From Antedon mediterranea (Eukaryota; Animalia; Echinodermata): a stretch of DNA of 64,000 bases. Positions 51,201 to 63,494 of this stretch are shown here, in pieces. Each line of letters opens with the position of its first letter. Positions within the stretch are counted from its first letter, which is position 1. Made by a program: the position numbers and the translations under genes. The stretch spans positions 11,825,432-11,889,431 of the forward strand of contig NC_092679.1 of the NCBI RefSeq assembly GCF_964355755.1, read 5' to 3'. Below the pieces are notes generated by a model. It saw only the letters and a list, made by a program, of their open reading frames with translations, made no database searches and was not told where the DNA came from.

Positions 51201-54200
51201 AAATGAGCCTACCATCCCAGGTCAAACACATTATGTCAACGGTCAATGTCAACGGTCAATGTCAATGGTTTAAGTTCTGTGCTGGATGTTTATTAAAATA
51301 ATAACTTTCTTTTTTAAACAAAATAAAAGCAGTTATCATACCTTCAACAGATACAGAAAATACACAATAATTTAAATTATTATACTGGTCCATTGCTGTA
51401 TATTCAACTGATGTCACTCCAACAGAAAAAGTAGATCCTGGCACATGATCGGATACAAGTGTCACCGAAACAGTGTTGTCTGTTGCCGTTGGGGGTTCCC
51501 AAAGAACAGTTCCCCCAAGTTGTGTAACATCAGCCGGACAATTGAAAATCTGCGGTATTTCATTATCTATAACATAATTACAGTATAGCCTTTAACAAAT
51601 ATCAACCTTATAACATTTAGCACATTCCAGTTATCTACTGTGGATAGTCCGTAGTAGAACCATGCGATAAAAGGGCGATATTGCAATTTAAATGGCATCT
51701 TTAGGTTTGTTTGGTTGTGAAGGTGCACCATTCTTGAATTACACACATATTGATTTTGTAAACATTTTATTTTGTGGTGCTCCTATTAACGAGTAATGAT
51801 CATGAGGTTTCTGAGATGATGATTTGAGTAACGACGACCATGCTGCGGTTATTTTGATATGTGCTGTTTACTAGATGTTTCTGGAAATATTGCGTAAAGA
51901 ATAAGAAATACCTACCAATTACAGTAATAGTAAATGTACATTCAGCTTGGAATCCGTTAGTATTAACAGCTGCGTACGTCACAGTATGAACGCCGACCTC
52001 AAAGGCTGTTCCTGATTGGATTGAAGAAGTGACATTGACGTTAGTCGAGTCTACAACCGCTGGATCATCCCATGTCACCACTGCTGTTGGTTCTCTAGCA
52101 TCTGTTGAAACTTGTTGTGATACCGGGCATTCGATGTCTGCAACGGTTGTGTCTATTAAATATAGAAAGAAAGATTACTAAAATAAATGTTGGTAATGTT
52201 GCTGTCAGAGAGACCTAATACTACACGAGTATCGGCTGAAACTATATTAAGTAATTGCAATCAATGTTAGTATTTGTATAACTTAAGCATCCTTAAACGT
52301 GCTTTTTGCAATTTATTTACCTATAACCGTGACACTGAACTGACATTGTGCAGTATTACCACTGCCATCAGTCACAGTGTAAACAACATCAGTGGTGCCT
52401 TCAACGAAAGTGTCACCGGGAGAATATGTTGATGTTATTGTTACTATCCCAGAATTATCCAAGGCGGATGGAGACGCCCAATCAACCACTGAAGACTCTG
52501 TTTGGATATGAGAGGGGCACCCATCAAGAACGGGTGGCTCGTTATCTAAAACAAAATGCAAAAAAAATTACAAACTACAAATTAAATAATACAAATAATA
52601 TACAAAATCTCTTCTTTTTTCAATAGCATATTTTGTCAACTATAATGTTTTAATCCTTATTATTAATTAATTACCATATTCAGAAATAAATGCGTGTGGT
52701 GTACAAACGAAAAAAAGAAAACAGAAACAAAACTTACCATTAACGGTTACTAAAAAACTGTATTCCACTGTGTTATTATGAATATCAGTAGCGGAATACA
52801 CAACAGTTGTTGTACCAATTTGGAAAACAGAGCCAGGCTGGATAGAAGCAGACAGAGGAGGTGTGTTTTCAGAGTTATCTGTCACAGTAGGAGAAGTCCA
52901 TGAAACAACTACACTGGCACTACCACGATTGGAATCAATAACTATATTGGTAGGCACATCAGTTATTACTGGAGATTCACAGTCTACGATTGAAACAGAT
53001 AAGAAATCATTAAGGTAAAATGTAGTATACTAAATATAATACCATGTGCCTAATAAACTACATACCATTCTTATAATAATGGTATGTGCCTAATAAACTA
53101 CATACCATTCTTATATTAATGGTATGTGCCTAATAAACTACATACCATTCTTAAAATAATGTTATTCAAACAAGTTCTCGAAAATGTTGGAATGGTCAGA
53201 CAAGCCTTCATTAACAACTCGAAGGCCCTCTTATTTTGAATCGGCATTATTTATTATATGCCATCTGGAACACTCTGTCAGAGTTACAGATTACATTTTT
53301 ATATTATATTATATATGTACCTAATAAACTACATACCATTAACAATGGCCGAGAATGAACACGTTGCAGTATTACCAGCTACATCAGTCGCAACATACAC
53401 TATCTGAGTTTCTCCAACAGAAAATGAATGTCCAGAATCAAAGTTATTCTCTACGTTTCCAATATCAGCATTGTCGTGTACAGTTGGAGCTGTCCATGTG
53501 ACAACGCCAGTGTACAATTCTTGATCATTACATGATGTAATGTCATCAGGACAGTAGGTAAAATCAGGCTTGATAGCATCTGTTTAAGGTAAAATAAATA
53601 ACGATTATACATATTCCATTGAATAGAATAGGCCTGCACAATGAAAATTATGTTTAAACAGTTATGGGTGATAACGAATAATAAAGAAAAACGTGCTCAC
53701 CGAGAACCACGACTGCAAACTGACAGAGTGCACCGTTATTAGAAAGATCAACTGCAGTGTAAACCACAGTTGTTGTTCCAATACCAAAAGGGTCACCAGG
53801 TTCATGACTTTTATTGAATGTTGACACACCATGGTTGTCGGTTACTGTTGGTTCTGTCCAGGTTATGTCAGCAGTAGATCCAGATGTAAGCTCATGCTCA
53901 ATTGTATCAGGACAATTGGCAAAAACTGGGATTTCATCATCTACCATATTAATTATAATTATTTATATATTATTGAGAATACCTATTGTTATATTTGGTA
54001 CGGATAACACATTTATGATACTAAGCCATGGTTTACCTTCTCACATTTTCATTTCCATATATTTAATTTATGTATACTATGTTATGTCTTATTGTAAATA
54101 AACAATAAGTAGATATTATTACTGACCAGTAACGGTAACTGTAAATGTTTCAACAGCACTATTGCCAACTTCATCTGTTGCCGTAACGACCACTTCTGTG

Positions 54201-57200
54201 GATCCTATGGGAAACACAGACCCCGATGATGGGTTTGACGTCACAGCTACGGAGCCAGAGTTGTCTTCTGCTGTTGGTGTTAACCATTGGACCACTGTAC
54301 CTGAATTACCAGGAGCAGCAGAAGCAGAGACGGCTGTTGGAACCGATGTAAATATAGGGATTTGGGTGTCTGTAAAATAAAATATTCAAAAATCCCATTT
54401 CATTGTTACTTCGGGTTCAGGGCTTTTTCAGCTCATATATGATTACTTGAGTAAAAAGTTTCACTGATAATACTACGTTACATTCATGAGGATGTACTCA
54501 CCTATTACTGTGACTGTAAACTCATGGGTAATGCTATTACCAGCTTCATCAGTGAATGTGTACGTCACAACCGTATTCCCAATTGGGAACTCGGCTGGAC
54601 TGTCATGTGATTTGGTAATTGTAACTGTACCAGCATTATCAGAAGCTGTTGGCTCATCCCATTCGACAGTTACTTCACCAGCTCCGGATTCAGCATTCGC
54701 TTCAATGTCGGCTGGTAAGTTTCCAATTATCGGTGCCTCCATATCTGAATTTAATGGAAAAATAGCCTGACATAACGCTTTTGGATAGATAGGCAATGTA
54801 TAATAAAGTGTCAGTAGACGCTATACATTAGTAATGTGTTAATTGTCGCTAGAAATTATACGGATATGGTACGTATATCGGGTGTATGTAGTACACAATA
54901 TAGTTTTACCTCGTACATAAATGTAGAACGAACACGTTCCAACATTACCGCTACTGTCAGTAGCCGTGTAGAGTATTGGGGTAATACCCAATGGAAATGT
55001 AGCACCTGGCGAGCTTGTTGAAGTCACGGTCGTTTCACCTGAGTTGTCAGTTGCAGTCGGTTCTTCCCAGGATGCAGTACCGTATGAGCTTCCTTCGTCT
55101 GTTGTGACTTCTATTCCTGCTGGGCATGTGATATTAGGTATTTCTTCATCTAAAATAACGCATTAATGCTATTAGTTTTTTGCTGAAGGATTAAAAAAAT
55201 CTAAATCATCGTTAAGATAAAGAATACCATTCATTCTTACCTACAATATTTACGACAAAAGATACAGTATCTGTGTTGCCAGACACATCTGTTGCTGTGT
55301 AAGTTACTGTCGTCTCACCAACGGAAAACACTTCTCCTGGTTCATTTGAACTCTCTAACGTAACTCCAGCAGAGTTGTCCGTCACAGTAGGGGCAACCCA
55401 TGTTACAACTGCGCTTGTTTCACCAGTATCAAGGATGACCGTTCTGCCCTCTGGGACGTCCTCAAAAACAGGAGCCTCGTCATCTTGAGGAAAAGGAATA
55501 TGTTTTAATATCTATATACAAGTCGATCTCTCTCTTTTTGTCAATAAATTTTATATTGAAATTATATACAATTATCCTAAATAAAATTGGGTTTTTTTTT
55601 CAAGGTATGATACAACATATTCAATACGAAGCTTTCCTAAAGAAAGGATTTGAAAAAACCAAAATCATTATTACTTGTGCTATGACAACTTGACAACACA
55701 AGATACAGTCATTAAGTAAAACAAAAGCAATTTAATTGTAAAGAAAGAAAGAAAGAATATAATGTTTCTTACCTTCTATAGTAACATCAAACGATGTCGT
55801 CAGCGTATTTCCAGCCTCATCCACTGCCGTGTACGTTACAGTTGTTGTTCCAATGGGGAAATCGTCACCCGGATTGTGAGATGACGTCACGATGACAACA
55901 CCAGTATTGTCATTAAAGGTTGGTATAGTCCAGTAAGCTGAACCAGTAGAACTGCCAGAATCGGTTGTACCTGTTGCATCACTTACTGAACTAACAAGTT
56001 CAGGTCCTTCATTATCTGAAGATATAATGATTGAACGTATTACCTTATTTCCATCAACAATTTCTGATAATAACCGTGCACAGATAGTCTGTACACTTTA
56101 TTTGTTTCGTAGTTTTTATTGACTAATAGTAGTATTTGAATACAATTAAACATACCTGTAACTAAAACACTAAATGATTCTGTTACTGTATTTCCAGAAG
56201 GATCGGTTGCAGTATATGAAACAACAGTTGTTCCAATTGGAAATAATGCTGGCGATGTTTCCGTTACAACTGTATCCACTGAGCCAGAATTGTCGGTAAT
56301 TGTTGGAGCAGTCCAAGAATGGCTAGCAGTAGCTTCTCCGGAATCTGTAGTTAACTCTGTCGATTCTGGAATGCTGTCTATCACTGGTGGTTCGTCGTCT
56401 ATGATACATGAAATAAGTATATATTAAATGCACGTGTAGACGTATCAAGAGGGTTTGTCAATCACTCAATTTACTCAATTTCTAGGCCTACTGTGGAATA
56501 ATGTTCAGTATTCTAGAATGTATTGTATATTTATTGTCCTTTTTATGTTTGTCCACCAGTCAACGTTTCGATTTATCTTTTTACTAATAAAAGACTAGTT
56601 GACCTCATACCTGTTATTGTTACAACAAAAAAATGCATGACTTCATTCCCGTTCGTATCAGTCACTGTGTATGTAACGGTAGTATCACCAATTGAGAAAA
56701 TGCTTCCTGATGGTATATCAACGGAGACGGTTGGATCAGCTCCTGAGTTATCGCTAGCTTCAGGTTCATCCCAAGTGACAACAGCCGTTGCAGTACCTTC
56801 TGCTGTGGCTTGACTTTGGGCTTCTGGAGCTGATGTAAATACAGGAGGTTCTTCATCTGCAACCAATGAATAAACAATGTTACTTGTTTAGTTAAATTTG
56901 GTATCATTTTAAAAAAGACCACATTGCAATAATTAAATACACATGCAGTTCCAAACAAACGCATTAAACAAATTATCAAAAAAGTACAATATTTAACTTT
57001 TTTTAAATAGATAACTTACCAACTATATTAACTGTAAATGAACATGTAGCTAGGTTCGAATCTGAATCAACAGCAGAGTACACAACGGGAGTGCTACCGA
57101 TTGGGAATACATCACCAGGGTTATACAAGTTAGTGACAGTAGGTTCACCAGAGTTGTCCGTAGCTTCAGGCTCAATCCAGATAACGACGGCATCATTAGA

Positions 57201-60200
57201 ATTAGAATCTGTCGGTTGTTCAATATTGAGTGGACAGCCTATAAACACTGGATCTTCAGTATCTAAAGCAATATGACCATATACATGTTTTAATTATGAC
57301 TAGTCAGTAAATATTAGTGAATATTATGAAAAAATGTAATTAAATATGAGCCATAAGAGAACATATTCTCGAATTTTGTTATTACTATTATTTCCTAACG
57401 TACGCTATATGGCAGCCATTACATAAAAGAAAAGCAAGCAAACATACTCCAAGTCTTAGCCAAGGTAAATATACATAGTTACATTTAATAATGTAAATAA
57501 CAAATATCAAATATAATACAAAAGAAATACAAAAGATAATTAATTGCAAATCAAAGGACCGATTGTAATGTTTATTATATAACTCATTTACCATCCACGT
57601 CCACACTATACGAACATTCGGCACTATTACCAGCGGCATCAACGGCTGTAACCGTTACAGTTGTACTGCCAATACTAAACTCATCACCCGATTCATGTGA
57701 CTTGACAGTTTCAACCACAAGCACGTTATCTATTGGGTTTGGATCAGGAAGAAGTACTGGTATAGAATCACTACCAATTGGTACAGTCTGCAAAACTGCC
57801 TCAGCTGGACATGACTGGAATGTTGGAGGTTGGTCATCTAGCAAGGTAATGAAATAAACAAGTTTGAATGTACCATATAATATTTAATCACGTTTCCAAC
57901 TTCTTAAAAATGCTTCATTAGGATTAACATATAACTTCATATACCTTGATCTAGAGGCTGCGCATATGTGTCGCTGTATGTTTAATGAGTATAAGAAGAA
58001 CCTCCTATGGTAGTCAGACCAGTGTCATGGTGGTAGTGATAAGTGGTGGTGATTGTTGTTTTTGGTGGTGGTGGTTGTTGTTGTCAGACCAGTGAATGAA
58101 TGAATGAATGAATGATGAATTATCACAATAATGTACCTGTCACGGTAATAGAGAACACGCATGTTGCCGTATTTCCTGTGACATCAGAAGCAGTGTATGT
58201 GACAGATGTTTGGCCAACAGAGAAGTCTGATGAAGAAACTATTGTAGAGGTAAAGGTATCGATCATGTGATTGTCAACTGCACTAGGCTCATCCCAGTTT
58301 ACGTTCGCTGTGTCAAGATCTTCATCTGTAGTTGTTGTTATGTCACCGGGGCAGTCCATGATTGTTGGGATTTGGTCATCTACATACATAATATAAAATG
58401 GGTTAATTTTACACAGTTGCGGCTATTTTATGGTCAGACAAGTGAATGAATGATTTATAACAATAATTTACCTATCACGGTAATCGAGAACACGCATGTT
58501 GCAGTGTTTCCTATGACATCAGAAGCAGTGTATGTAACACAAATATCAATAAAGTTATTTTAATATTAAGCTCTGTCTAGACTATCAAACTAGTTGGACA
58601 AAAAAAAGAGTAGTGCTCAAATTACAGTAGTGATATGACGTCACATTTTTTCGTCACATTAAGTTTGATAGTGTAGACAGAGCTTTATAATGCATTTTTT
58701 TTACCAACGACTACTACTATAAATGAACTTGAAACAGCATTTCCTGAATCGTCTACGGCTGTATACGTCACAGTTGTAGTGCCGACACCATATGCATCTC
58801 CACTTGCATGATCTGACGTAACAACCACATTGCCAGAATTGTCGACGGCTGTTGGTTCAGTCCAGGTTGCAATCGATGTTGATGAACCCATACCAGGACT
58901 CAATGTCAGATCATTTGGAATGTCAGAAAGTAATGGAGATTCGTCATCTATTAGAATACATGTATTATAATTTAGCCTCTAATAATACGCATTATTATGT
59001 ACATATTTTGTATTATTTATTTATCTATTTTTGGTCACATCAACAATGAAATACCCCATCAGAATGGATTATATATAAAACAATTGATCTGAAAAATGGG
59101 AAAAGGAATCATCAGGAGAATGAACAGTCTTAACATCCTCACATCTGTTCTATTCCTCAACGGTTTTTTTTTCTCAACTTAACTGCTGCCTTGCCTACCG
59201 AGCTTCTACCAATGCCGTTCCTGATTATAATATCAGTTGTTTGATTCTCATAACCTCAGCCCGGAGGTCTGTTGGTGACCAAATACGCGATTGTCTACTA
59301 ATTGTCCTTATTTTGTTCCTCGACAATTCTTACAAATGTTTAAACAATATTTTAGTTATAAAGCGCCTACATATTTTTACAAAATTCCCAATTACAAAGC
59401 CTTTTGGTGATATTATTTATTGCTAGATAAGTTGTTTTTTTCTTTTTATTCATTTATAATTTTAACGATTAAACCTTTTATGTACAGATTTTATATACTT
59501 AACTTGTTCTGAATATTTTATATCTTTATATGTTTTTTTGAGGGCCCTAATGACCAATTCCTTCACTGGAACTGGATAGGCCACCCTCATTAAAGATGGT
59601 GATAAATAAACAAAAATAAATTAATAAACAATTCAAGATCATCGCCAAAAAGTAAACACGGAAAAGAGAAGGCTTTAAAAAAGGTAATTAAAAAAAATAT
59701 TAAATAAATTGGCTTAAATTTTGAAGGAATCCAGATACTGTAGGTGATATTTTATTATAGTTTTAATCACTGGGAATGTCTGACAGTGCTGGCGTTTCGT
59801 CATCTGTTAGAAGACACTGTATTATAATTGTAAATACGCATTATTATTTAAACATTGTTAAAATATTAAAAGTAATATTTATTCTACCTTCAATTGTTAT
59901 CGTAAAACTTGAGGTTGCTTCATTTCCTGCCAAATCTACAGCAGTATATGTAACTGTTGTTGTACCAATTGAAAACGAATCTCCACTGTTATGCGATGAT
60001 GATATATCAATTACTCCAACATTATCAGTGATTGATGGCGCTGACCATGTTACAGTTGAACTATCTGATCCTGAATCCGAGTTTTGTGTAACGTCAATTG
60101 GTAAGTTTGTGATTTCTGGAGGAGTTGTATCATGTTCTGTAAAAGAAGAAATATGTAGAAATAAGTGACAATCAGGTTACCACATTAGAAATATCTACCC

Positions 60201-63200
60201 AACCGTTTACCACAGTATCACCACCGTCAAGTCTTGTAACTACTGTCATATAATCATAACGTTTATTTAGGCCTAAGTAAATCATAACGTGAAACAAGTA
60301 TCATACCATGAACAGTAACAGTGAATGATTCCTCTTGGTTATTTCCAGAATCATCAGTCACAGAATAAGTTACAAGAGTTTCACCAACATCAAAACTATC
60401 ACCAGGTGAGTGTGTTGATGAAACAAATGTGGTTCCAGAGTTGTCAGAAGCTGAAGGCGTGTCCCATGTGATAGTACTGGAAGTCTCTCCAGATTCGGCA
60501 AATTGCACAATGTCGGAGGGGACATTTGCCAGAACCGGTGGTTCATTGTCTGAAAAATTCAAAACATACATAACATGGCACTGTAAAACTACTAAAATTG
60601 TAAATAACTAAATTGTACATTTTCTTCACAAACTGAATGTATTTTTATATAGCACTATTCTTGATATGTATTTCATTTGCATTCCTCTGTGAGTGATAAT
60701 CGTTGTTTGTTTAGTGAATGAATAAAATAGATAACAGATACTCAAATGTTTCTTTTCCATAAGCATACAGTACTGTAATTTACTTTTACCTTCTACAGTT
60801 ATTTCAAACGTGCATGTCTCCACATTTGCTGGTGACGCCGTATCAACTGCTACATAACTCACAGAAACCGATCCAATCACAAAGTCTCCAATTGTTTCTG
60901 TAGAGGATAGCGTGACTATTCCAGAGTTATCAGTTGCGGTAGGCTCAGTCCAATCGACATAACCCGTGTTCGAGTTTGTAGATGTAGACACAATAATATC
61001 ACTTGGACAATTTTCAATTACTGGTGCTTCGATATCTGTAATGTGTATTTAAATTACTGCAGTTATTATAAAGAAAAAGACATCGTTATCAAAGAATGTG
61101 GCCAACTATATGAAATTTGTAAAGAATTTGATATAGTTTTAAAATCAAATTACCTTGAACGTCCACTGCAAACTCACAAGTATCAGAATTCCCCGATGGG
61201 TCTATAGCAGTATACGTCACTGTGATTTCACCAATATCGAAAAAAGTACCAGAAGAATGTGTTGACTCAAGCGATTCAACATTTCCCGAGTTGTCAAAGG
61301 GATTTGGTTCAGTCCAGGAGACGACGGCTCCTGCATTCCAATTTTCGTTGTTTACGACAATATTGTCTGGACAGGTTCCATTAAAATCAGGTGGCGAAAT
61401 GTCTACAATATATATATATATATATAAATTATTATAATTTAACATTGTAGAGAATCATTAGGAATTATTAGTTTTACATTTGAAAGATACATTTTATAAG
61501 TCGACGTATTATCAATAAATAAAATCAATATCACTTTCTTTCCGTACGCCATTAAGGCTACTGTATATGGATCAAGAGCTTCTTTCTTTCCGTACGCCAT
61601 TTAGGCTATATAATATAGATCAAGAGCATTTTTCTTTCCGTACGCCATCAAACCTAAAGAGCTTCTTTCTTTCTTTCCGTACGCTGGCATCATGAAATGC
61701 ATTGTTTTACTGTACTATACGTTTGTTATATAATTGCTCTTCGAGTTACTACTATCTCATTAAATAAATATAATGTAAATCGTAATCATATGATTCCTTA
61801 CCTGACACTTCAACAGTAAATAAACATTCAGCAGAGTTGCTCGATGGATCCGTTGCTGTGTATGTGACCTGCGTCACACCAACTGGAAAAGAATCACCTG
61901 GGTTGTAATCAGACGTCGTCACAACATTACCAGAGTTATCCGTTGCACTTGGTACTGTCCACGTTGCTGTAGCAACATCGGAGTCACTGTCTACATCAAC
62001 TTCAACAGTAGTTGGACAGCCTGATATGGTTGGATTCTCATTGTCTATCAAAATGAATTGCCGTCCTCGTTATCGTTATTATCATTGTCATTTTTATTAT
62101 TACTGCGTTTTATTATAATTTCATTTTACTAACTATTTAAAAAAAGTGAATATATTAAAGTAATCATACCATTAACAGTAATTAGAAACGAACAACTCGC
62201 CGTATTTCCAGAAACATCAGTAACCTGGTAAGCAAGTGTGTTTTCTCCGATTGGTAGATTATCCCCTGAACTGTAAGAGTGGCCATCTTCAGCTACAGTG
62301 ACGGTCATTTCAGAATTATCACTGGAACTAATTGACCATGTGACTACCGCTGTAGCAGCATTAGACTCTGTGTTGCTTGTTATGTCATCTTGGCATAGTA
62401 CAGTCGGTGGTTCTTCATCTAAAGAAATAATAATACTAATAAAATAAAATATTAGAATTAGGCGCCTATATTCAGAGGGAACTATCTTGGTTATGCAATT
62501 CAGTACTGTAAGGATAATTACAATATTTACCTATAATTGTAATATCAAAAGAGCAAGTAGCCGTATTACCATACGGATCCGCTGCAGTGATGGAAATCGT
62601 GTATGCCTGAACTGGATACTGGAAAGCGTACTCTGTCTGCACTCCAGTTGAAGTAATAGAAACAGAATCACTGTTATCAGTGGCCGTTGGCGATGGTATC
62701 GTCACTGACGCATAACTTTCACCGGTATCAGTCAAAATCATTGCTGGAAGAACTGGACAGGATATCATAGGATCTTCGTCATCTATGACAAAAATAAGCG
62801 TTTTATATTATATTGAGAAAATGAATAGTTTCCTACATTTCATTTAAAGTTTATTTAAGTTTGTTACTTACCTTCAACGGTGACAAGAAATGAATACGTA
62901 TCTGTATTACCAAAATCATCAGTAGCTGTATATGTTACCGTTGTGTTTCCAATTGGAAAAACTGAATCTGGTGATACAGTTGAGGTTAAAGTAACATTGC
63001 CTGAGTTATCTGTTGCAGTTGGTTCAGTCCATGAAACAGTTGTATCTGGCTCACCCGGATCAGTAGACGATGTTATATCTATTGGTCCGTTGGTAATCGT
63101 TGGAGGTTCATCGTCTGTTATTGTGACAGTAAATGTGCTAGTTAACACGTTATTGTTGACGTCAGTTGCGGTATACGTGACGGTGGTTTCACCGATGGTG

Positions 63201-63360
63201 AATGTACTTCCCGATGCAATGTCCGATGTGACTGTCACAGGTTCATTTGAGTTGTCGGATACAGTAGGCTCTGTCCATATCACAATGGCATTATCAGTAC
63301 CAACATCTGTTGATATTGCTATGTTTTCTGGAACATTACCTAACACAGGAGGCTCATCAT
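39258..63360 (-). CDS. Hyalin-like type I membrane protein, 5' incomplete. About 36 HYR repeats on about 35 phase-1 exons (45614-63360), SEA-like domain (45504-45398 plus ~44632-44408), EGF (~44307-44194), EGF_CA (~43977-43852), SEA (43262-42915), EGF (42360-42285 plus 40503-40448), TM exon (40172-39913), tail exons (39627-39529, 39332-39258).
   Basis: Repeated ~240-bp exons encode DxxPPxxxxCP...VxWxxPxAxDNSG...FxxGxTxVxYTAxDxxGNxxxCxFxVxV (HYR consensus), each bounded by ag and gt. Also DVDEC...CKNTYGSYSCQC (EGF_CA), FSSGSIKVQY (SEA), the hydrophobic stretch VIGVVLGSVAAFIFVFIILAGFCCWLL followed by RRRHRK, and a TGA stop at 39260-39258. Confidence 0.9.
40580..41945 (+). mobile_element. Highly decayed L1/Tx1 ORF2 3' fragment in an intron of the hyalin-like gene, interrupted by a foldback element
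   Basis: Remnants TLGLSKLILNASII, YFKKWIESGMITIEDI, AIPKDW, FKLLHKILPTNDKLMYWKIK and CENCKITENEVHL. Confidence 0.7.
41008..41748. mobile_element. Foldback-type (MULE-like) element with ~300-bp imperfect inverted arms and tandem subterminal repeats
   Basis: Termini GGGTGTCTAGAAA and TTTCTAGACACCC, subrepeats CTAGAAAACTCAGAT, arms complementary inward to ~41310/41470, 9-bp flanks TAATATAGA and TAATATATA. Confidence 0.82.
53044..53161. repeat. Three 40-bp tandem units containing copies of the neighbouring HYR exon's splice-donor sequence
   Basis: Unit ATGTGCCTAATAAACTACATACCATTCTTATAATAATGGT; its first 26 nt match 53315-53340. Confidence 0.88.
58568..58686. mobile_element. Small MITE in a HYR intron; second copy, one end eroded, at ~12739-12849 in an FH intron
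   Basis: TIRs aagctctgtcta(g/c)actatcaaact and agtttgatagtgtagacagagctt. The internal sequence matches 12739-12849 in reverse orientation. Confidence 0.78.
59040..59630 (+). mobile_element. CR1/L2-type LINE 3' remnant in a HYR intron
   Basis: FKQYFSYKAPTYFYKIP, T-rich UTR, terminal stem-loop GAGGGCCC...CCCTC and an AATAAA-rich tail. Confidence 0.6.
61535..61685. repeat. About four degenerate ~45-bp tandem units (TTTCTTTCCGTACGCCAT...ATCAAGAGC)
   Basis: Directly visible in a HYR intron. Confidence 0.8.
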
Positions 63361-63494
63361 CTACGAATTTAAATGTATGTCGATACAATTAAATAAATTC
63401 ATCTTCTTCCGTAGAATTTTTCATTCATTCAAACTATATGTAGATTATAAAATCTACAGAATAGTTAAACCAATAAAATAGATTAGTATTAATA

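Noticed and set aside
53451-53639. Apparent frameshift in a HYR exon (two overlapping ORFs in the track)
   Set aside because: Reading from the acceptor at ~53580 gives one continuous frame (DAIKPDFTYCPDDITSCNDQELYTG...).
46807-63392. Many plus-strand ORFs over HYR exons (e.g. 62880-63392, 49676-49999, 54486-54770)
   Set aside because: They are antisense shadows of HYR exons and coincide with them, with no independent features.
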